From: a virus | Taxonomy: Duplodnaviria > Caudoviricetes | IMG/VR virus record: IMGVR_UViG_3300037044_000263 | Span: 1 to 40,153 of that record | Strand: one strand, 5' to 3' | DNA: 40,153 nucleotides | Shown: piece after piece, positions 34,838-40,153 of the stretch | How positions within the stretch are numbered: the stretch's first letter is position 1 | Layout: each line of letters starts with the position of its first letter | Program-made: the position numbers and the translations under genes | Notes under the pieces: generated by a model | Told to the model about the DNA's origin: nothing | The model's input: only the letters and a program-made list of their open reading frames with translations | Database searches by the model: none

Positions 34838-35776
34838 ATGAGCCGTTTGAGTGACATCAGTGCAAGCCCGGTTCTGCGCGAGTTCGCGCAGGGCGCGGCG
34901 CAGTCCGCCATCATGCCGGTGGCGGACTTTCTGGCCCCGACCATCGAGGTCCCGACCTCGGTCGGCCGGTACAAGAAGTACACCGAGAAGGACCGCTTCC
35001 GGATTCCGAACACGTTGCGGAGCATCGGCGGGCGGGCGACGGAGCTGCGCTTCGAGGTGAGTGACGAGACCTACAACTGCGAGCCCCACGCTCTCGATTA
35101 TCCGGTCGACAACCTGGAACGGCTGGAGAGCGAGGATCTCGAGAACGCGCTGCGCGAGGGCGCGGTCGCGGTGGCCGAGGTCGCCGCGCTGGCCCACGAG
35201 AAGAGCGTGATCGACGCGGCCATGACGGCTGCGGGCGCGGGCACGGGCAAGGTGTGGGGTTCTTCGGCCGATCCGGTTGCGGACATCGACGCCTCGATCA
35301 TGGACGTGATCAAGGCGGCCAAGTACGGCAGCCTCATGGGCGTGGGCGTGCTGTTCGGCGCGTCGGCGTGGTGCCTGTTCAAGAATCAGGACAAGGTCCG
35401 CGGCCGGTTCGTCGTGGGCAACGGGCCCAAGGGCGGCAACCTCGCGGTGCCGACCGAGGCCACGGCAGGAAGCCTGTTCGTCGGGTCCCCCGACGTGCGG
35501 ACCTCCTACATGGTGTTCGACAACGCCGCTCCCGGCATCGCGGAGGATGTGAAGTTCCTCCTCGACAGCACGGTGCTGGTCTTCGCCCGCCGGCCGAACC
35601 CGACGCGGCGCGACCCGAGCTTCATGAAGACCTTCCGGCTCATGGGCAAGTACATGGTCCCGTCCAGCTACATGCGCGACGACGGCCGTGTCGAGGTGGC
35701 GAAGTTCGACTGGAGCGAGGACGTGCGCGTCACGAACTCGGCTGCGGTGAAGCGTCTCAACGTCAGCGCGACGTAA
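34838..35776 (+). CDS. Major capsid protein
   Basis: 312 aa; L.EFAQG....IMPVADFLAP.IEV N-terminus, YNCEPHALD; typical position in the head module. Confidence 0.75.
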   Translation: MSRLSDISASPVLREFAQGAAQSAIMPVADFLAPTIEVPTSVGRYKKYTEKDRFRIPNTLRSIGGRATELRFEVSDETYNCEPHALDYPVDNLERLESEDLENALREGAVAVAEVAALAHEKSVIDAAMTAAGAGTGKVWGSSADPVADIDASIMDVIKAAKYGSLMGVGVLFGASAWCLFKNQDKVRGRFVVGNGPKGGNLAVPTEATAGSLFVGSPDVRTSYMVFDNAAPGIAEDVKFLLDSTVLVFARRPNPTRRDPSFMKTFRLMGKYMVPSSYMRDDGRVEVAKFDWSEDVRVTNSAAVKRLNVSAT

Positions 35777-35791
35777 GGGCGGGGTGCGGAA

Positions 35792-36277
35792 ATGGCCGAC
35801 TGGGTCGTTTACGATACGGGGGCGGCGGCGGCGACGCTGCCGCCCCCTCTTGCCACGGCGTACGCGGCTTGGCTGACGGCCGAGGTCCGTGCGCAGCGGC
35901 TGGGCCTGATCGTGTCCGGCGTGGTCGCGGACTTCCGAAAGGCGGTGGCGGCCGACGCCGACCCGGTGGGCAAGGAGAACGCGGCCAGCGTCCCCGTGAG
36001 TTGTCTGCGGCAGGTCTCGGCGGTCGTGTGGTACACGCTGGCCCTGGAGATGGGCGAAGACGCCACGGTCTACAGATCCGCGTGGCTGGACTCGGAAATC
36101 TACCTGCGGCGTCTGTATCAGGATTTGGAGGCCGGCGGGGCGGCCAGCGGCGCGACGGGCACGCCGCGCTATGTGCCCGGCAACCTGTCGGCTTCCGGCG
36201 GCGGAAGCGCGGCAACGGGGGCGTTGCTGCACGTGCCAGCCTACTCGCCGATCAACTACGCGCCGCCGCCGGGATGA
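35792..36277 (+). CDS. Putative head-tail adaptor / head completion protein
   Basis: Helical 161-aa protein directly after the capsid gene; assignment is mainly positional. Confidence 0.45.
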   Translation: MADWVVYDTGAAAATLPPPLATAYAAWLTAEVRAQRLGLIVSGVVADFRKAVAADADPVGKENAASVPVSCLRQVSAVVWYTLALEMGEDATVYRSAWLDSEIYLRRLYQDLEAGGAASGATGTPRYVPGNLSASGGGSAATGALLHVPAYSPINYAPPPG

Positions 36278-36285
36278 GGTGTTGA

Positions 36286-36537
36286 ATGAGCGACTATGTG
36301 ACCAAAGACCACTGCGCGGCGCAGAGCGCGGCCGTGCTTGAAAAACTCGAGAGCATCGAGCGGCGGCTGTTCGTCGACAACGGAACGCCGTCGATCCAGA
36401 CGCGGCTGGCCCGCCACGAGATGGTGATCCACGCGCTGTTGTGGGTCGTCTCCGTCGCTGCGGGCACGGCCATAGCGGGAATCGTAACCGCCGGTTTCAT
36501 GCTGGCAAAGTTGCTGGCGAAGACGGGCGGCTCGTAA
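36286..36537 (+). CDS. Small membrane protein (holin-like)
   Basis: 83 aa with a C-terminal hydrophobic segment ALLWVVSVAAGTAIAGIVTAGFMLA; GAGG RBS. Confidence 0.55.
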   Translation: MSDYVTKDHCAAQSAAVLEKLESIERRLFVDNGTPSIQTRLARHEMVIHALLWVVSVAAGTAIAGIVTAGFMLAKLLAKTGGS

Positions 36538-36553
36538 GGAGAGGGAAAAGACA

Positions 36554-36922
36554 ATGAACATGCTGACAAGCGTGATGATCAAGTTGGGGCTGGCCGTCTT
36601 CTCGGCCCTGCCCATCGAGCGCATCGTCGCCATGCTGCTGAACAAGTGGCTGGACAAGATCGACTCGACCAACATGGGCAAGGCGCTGAAGACCTGCAAC
36701 CACCTCAACGAGCTGGTCGCGCTCTTCGCGGACATCCTGGCCGACAAACAGCTCACGGCAAGCGAGGTCTCCGGGGCGCGCGACGCCGTGATCCGCTCGC
36801 GGGCGCTGCTGCTTGAGCTTTGGGCCAAGGGCGACGCCTCCAAGGCCGTGCAGACCGATTTGAGTAAGGCTGGCGTCGCGACTGCGTACGTCGAGCCGCT
36901 CTTAACCCAGACCCAGAACTAG
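36554..36922 (+). CDS. Hypothetical protein
   Basis: AAGGAG RBS, GC3-rich codon usage, hydrophobic N-terminus. Confidence 0.6.
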   Translation: MNMLTSVMIKLGLAVFSALPIERIVAMLLNKWLDKIDSTNMGKALKTCNHLNELVALFADILADKQLTASEVSGARDAVIRSRALLLELWAKGDASKAVQTDLSKAGVATAYVEPLLTQTQN

Positions 36923-36936
36923 GAAGGAGAAAGACC

Positions 36937-37533
36937 ATGAACAAGGCCAAGACCAAGAACGTCATCCGGACCGAAGTCCGGCAGAAACGCGCCGAGGTCC
37001 GCAAGGACGCCGACGCCAAGCGCCGCGCCGTGCGCGGCAAGGTGCGGCAGGCGGTCACTTGCATCCTCGTGGCGCTCACGCTCGGGATCGCGGCCGGCTG
37101 TAACACGGCCACGCCTGCGAGCAAGAGCGCCTCGTCCAAGGCGTGCGACAACGTCACGACGGTCAACAACTACATCGGGCTGCTCCCCTGCCCCGCCACC
37201 AACGGCGCGGCGTACGCGTCCGGTGTGGTCGCGCTGGGTTCGGGCGGCCTGACGATCAGCGTGTCCGATCTCAACGGCACGATCGCGCAGAGCGCGGACA
37301 CCGAGGGCGGCGACCGTACCGACCTGACGGCCAACCCGTCGTTGGCCGCAGGTGTCACGGGCGACGCGCCGATCAAGGCCATTGCCGAAGCCGTGTCCGC
37401 ATTCGCCTCGCCGCAGGACGCGCTGGGCGCGACGTTGTCCGCCATGGTGCAAAAATACGGATGGGCCGCTGCGACAAACACGCTGGTGTCGGCGGCGTCC
37501 AGTTGCGCCGACGGCTCCTGCAGCGTGAAATAG
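36937..37533 (+). CDS. Putative lipoprotein/membrane protein with highly basic N-terminus
   Basis: Lys/Arg-rich first ~38 aa, then a hydrophobic stretch ending in IAAGC; AAGGAG RBS. Confidence 0.6.
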   Translation: MNKAKTKNVIRTEVRQKRAEVRKDADAKRRAVRGKVRQAVTCILVALTLGIAAGCNTATPASKSASSKACDNVTTVNNYIGLLPCPATNGAAYASGVVALGSGGLTISVSDLNGTIAQSADTEGGDRTDLTANPSLAAGVTGDAPIKAIAEAVSAFASPQDALGATLSAMVQKYGWAAATNTLVSAASSCADGSCSVK

Positions 37534-37537
37534 TCGT

Positions 37538-37568
37538 TGTGGGTACCTGAGTCAATCAGGTACCCACA
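37538..37568. terminator. Hairpin between convergent genes
   Basis: 13-bp perfect stem tgtgggtacctga/tcaggtacccaca; no U-tract. Confidence 0.55.
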
Positions 37569-37569
37569 C

Positions 37570-38829
37570 TCATTTTTGCTGCTCCGTTTTACCTGGCACC
37601 GCCGACTCCAGAAGTTTCATTGGCCTGATCTTCCAGTACGCCTCACCCTCTTCCCTTGTGACGAGCTTGCGGTAGTTCGTGTAAACGAGGTCGGTATCTG
37701 AACGATGCCCCATTGCAAACGCAGTTTTGGCCGCATTCTCGTAGGCGGCAAGATGGTATGTCCCAAACGAGTGCCGGAAGCCGTCTTTGATTAACGCGCA
37801 TCCAGTCGATTCCATGATTTCCGTCCGTGCCCGCCGATAAGTCATCAAAGGCGGGGCGACAAGGCCGCGCTCCCGTGCGTAGGGCGTCAGCCATTCAACG
37901 AGATTGTCCGACATATCCACATAGCGGGCGCGGCGTTTCTTAGCCGTCTCGGGGCTGACCCGAATACGCTTCGCCTCAAGCGACACGTCCGCCCAATCCA
38001 GTCCCTGCACTTCTGACGGGCGCAATCCTGCGAAAAACCCAATCGCCATAGCAGGCACAACGCGGGCGGCATGAGGTGATGCGTTGGCGGCCGTCATGAT
38101 TTTGCGCACTTCGTCAACGGAGTACGCCTGCACCTCGATCTGATCGGCGTTGCTGCCTGCCAGTTTCACGTCCTTGGCCGGGTTCTTGGGAAGTCCGTAC
38201 CGTTTAGCCGAATCAGTGAAGAAGGCGGATATGACCGTAAGGTATTGGCGTTTCGTCCCGACAGTGGCAGATCCGAGCGTATCAGTCAACCACTGCGAAA
38301 TGAGATCGGTGGTAATGTCCGATATGGACGTGGCTGGAAAAGCCTTTATGAACCGCCCAATCTTATGGCTGATTTCGTACAGGGTTGCCGCACGCCGTTT
38401 CTCCAGCCGCTTATCCGCAAGGTACGATGCAAGAGCCTCATTCAGCGTCGGAAGCGTACCACCTTGGGGGTGGTGCGATAGCCAGAACCGCACGGCCTCT
38501 GCCAGCAACGGCTTGTTTGGGGCATAGTTCTTGACCTGCGATGTCAACAGCCGGGCAGCCGAAACAGCGTCGTCTTGGGCCTTCTTGGTGGGGAACACCT
38601 CTAACAGACAGAGCGCGTCTAGGCGCTGACTCCCTTTAATCGCAAGGGCCATGTCCCCTTCGGCCTTGATCTCGGACTTAACTTGCTTGGCGTAATTTTC
38701 TGCCGCCTCCACCGTCTTGAACGTCTGCCTGGTGCGTTTTCCGTTATGGTGCGTTTCGACTTGATACGAGCATCCGCGTTGTCGTATTATCGCCCCGTTA
38801 ACTTTCCAGACTTTTTGGTAAGTGGGCAT
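37570..38829 (-). CDS. int: Tyrosine recombinase / phage integrase
   Basis: GLRPSE, AKKRRAR, FRHSFGTY, MGH and catalytic Y (YTNY); N-terminal arm-binding-like domain; adjacent to a tRNA. Confidence 0.93.
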   Translation of the reverse strand: MPTYQKVWKVNGAIIRQRGCSYQVETHHNGKRTRQTFKTVEAAENYAKQVKSEIKAEGDMALAIKGSQRLDALCLLEVFPTKKAQDDAVSAARLLTSQVKNYAPNKPLLAEAVRFWLSHHPQGGTLPTLNEALASYLADKRLEKRRAATLYEISHKIGRFIKAFPATSISDITTDLISQWLTDTLGSATVGTKRQYLTVISAFFTDSAKRYGLPKNPAKDVKLAGSNADQIEVQAYSVDEVRKIMTAANASPHAARVVPAMAIGFFAGLRPSEVQGLDWADVSLEAKRIRVSPETAKKRRARYVDMSDNLVEWLTPYARERGLVAPPLMTYRRARTEIMESTGCALIKDGFRHSFGTYHLAAYENAAKTAFAMGHRSDTDLVYTNYRKLVTREEGEAYWKIRPMKLLESAVPGKTEQQK

Positions 38830-38968
38830 GTGCTTTTCCTTTCGCTAAGGTGCGTGGAAGTTCCTCTTGCGACAAGAACAGTGTCCCAAAAACGTCCCAA
38901 AATGTCAAGAGGCATCTGGAAAGCGACACGGTTATAGAGTCTTAAACACTTTATAACAAGCAATTTAA

Positions 38969-39044
38969 GCCAGCATAGCTCAGTTGGTAGAGCACTTGAT
39001 TTGTAATCATGAGGTCATCGGTTCGACCCCGATTGCTGGCTCCA
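38969..39044 (+). tRNA. trnT: tRNA-Thr (TGT)
   Basis: 76 nt cloverleaf: acceptor GCCAGCA/TGCTGGC, D arm GCTC/GAGC, anticodon loop TTTGTAA, T loop TTCGACC, encoded CCA. One U-U mismatch in the anticodon stem. Confidence 0.95.
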
Positions 39045-39499
39045 TCAAAATCCGCGCAAAAGCCCCTATAAATAAAGGGTTTTTACATATATCGCCTATT
39101 CTCGCCTGTTTTGTCTTGTTTACCAGCTTCCCCCTGTTTCAGCCCTTGGCAACCCGCAATTTGGTTACAATTTGGTCCCACCCCCTGTAACCACCTGTGA
39201 CCACCCCACCCCCACCCGTCACCCCCCGACCATTTCCGCGCCATGTTCCACCGACGGGTATTTATCTCACTACCCTTTCACACTCGAGCCGACCCCTATT
39301 CTTTGACCAAGGGTGCCCTACCCCGCCCCCGGTGGCATGACCATTCTAGCAGGGAGACCCCGGCACCCTGTCACATGACTGTGGATATTCCCACTTTTTG
39401 ACGGTCAAAGACTTATGGCCCTTTTGTCCCTATCCTCTACCACGTTGACGGTTGGACTTGCTGTCCTGTAGAATGGAACCAGAACGCGAGAGGTGCAAT

Positions 39500-40153
39500 A
39501 TGAACCCGATGCCTTTAAAGTGTCCACGCTGCGGTGTTGAACGTGAGACATTGGATACGCGTTGTCTTATCTGCTACTACAAACCTGAGCCGCAAGCCAA
39601 AGAGTCACAATCCGCAGCCGCTCAAATGGAAGGTTGCATGAAAGACGCCACTCCCTCGCCTTCCCCCAAGCCTATTGACGGCTATCGTACTGTAAAAAGG
39701 GGTTCCCCAGCCGATACTCACGGAAACCTTTCCACAATCAACAACGTGAAGGATTGGATTGGCAGAAACCGTATACCATGCACCGTGACCGTAGCGGTGA
39801 TTGTTGTTGCTTCGATGGCGTTCGCCTTCAAACCAAAAGATCAAGTATCTACACGCACGAATTTATTCGCCCACAAGCAACCCGCTAGGCTAGCATTCAA
39901 AGAAGATCGCCAACTAGAAGAGCAACTAGAATCGCAACTAGAATCCGTCAAAAATGAATTTCAAGAAGTAAAGGACGCGCTCGACGATGTTCAATACTCG
40001 CTTTCTAGTCTCAAGATGGAAGTTGACGACTTCTTTTACGACAGCGAGAACTGGCGAAATAATGTACGTGACGTAGAAGATGCGACACGCCGTCTTGAAA
40101 TGGCTATAGATGATTTAGAATCCGCAATCAGTGACGTTGACTCGGAACTATAG
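39500..40153 (+). CDS. Hypothetical membrane protein (N-terminal Zn ribbon, TM helix, coiled coil)
   Basis: CPRC..CLIC, TM segment VTVAVIVVASMAFAF, heptad-rich C-terminus; GAGG RBS before ATG 39500. Confidence 0.65.
   Translation: MNPMPLKCPRCGVERETLDTRCLICYYKPEPQAKESQSAAAQMEGCMKDATPSPSPKPIDGYRTVKRGSPADTHGNLSTINNVKDWIGRNRIPCTVTVAVIVVASMAFAFKPKDQVSTRTNLFAHKQPARLAFKEDRQLEEQLESQLESVKNEFQEVKDALDDVQYSLSSLKMEVDDFFYDSENWRNNVRDVEDATRRLEMAIDDLESAISDVDSEL

Larger units (their letters stand above)
11269..38968. mobile_element. Integrated phage-like element (tail-less prophage or capsid-forming satellite) at tRNA-Thr
   Basis: Replication, packaging and head modules plus a tyrosine integrase abutting the tRNA. 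The left boundary is approximate because no att duplication was found. Confidence 0.8.

Noticed and set aside
33429-36285. Alternative ORFs of 327, 474 and 343 aa across the capsid region
   Set aside because: They overlap well-supported decoration, capsid and adaptor genes and have low-complexity composition.
38984-39190. 68-aa ORF
   Set aside because: Overlaps the tRNA-Thr gene.

Overview
The window has three parts. (1) 22-10823, minus strand: a BREX type 4 / Ssp-like defence operon (PAPS-reductase + 4Fe-4S + DUF4007-like brxP, large P-loop ATPase brxC, pglZ; brxL would be expected just left of the window). It is headed by a translationally coupled protein with three tandem RAMA-like domains and a C-terminal HTH. 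(2) About 11.3-38.96 kb: a GC-rich integrated phage-like element ending in a tyrosine integrase next to tRNA-Thr(TGT). It has a full replication module (SSB, PD-(D/E)XK exonuclease, Xis-like HTH, family A polymerase, AEP-like primase, RepA-like helicase, iteron origin, Holliday junction resolvase, sigma-like regulator) and a Mu-like head/packaging module, but no recognisable tail, endolysin or CI repressor genes, so it looks like a capsid-forming, tail-less satellite or a defective prophage. Between replication and packaging genes lie a counter-oriented five-gene cassette (PRTase, RadC/JAB, DUF2958-like) and a ~3.8 kb region with no credible ORF. That region contains four ~300-nt covarying structured repeats and nine GC-TATCCT-GC hairpins, and is the most novel-looking feature. 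Two antisense morons interrupt the head operon. (3) tRNA-Thr and a downstream membrane-protein gene. All family assignments come from motif recognition by eye; no searches were run, and the left end of the element was not found.
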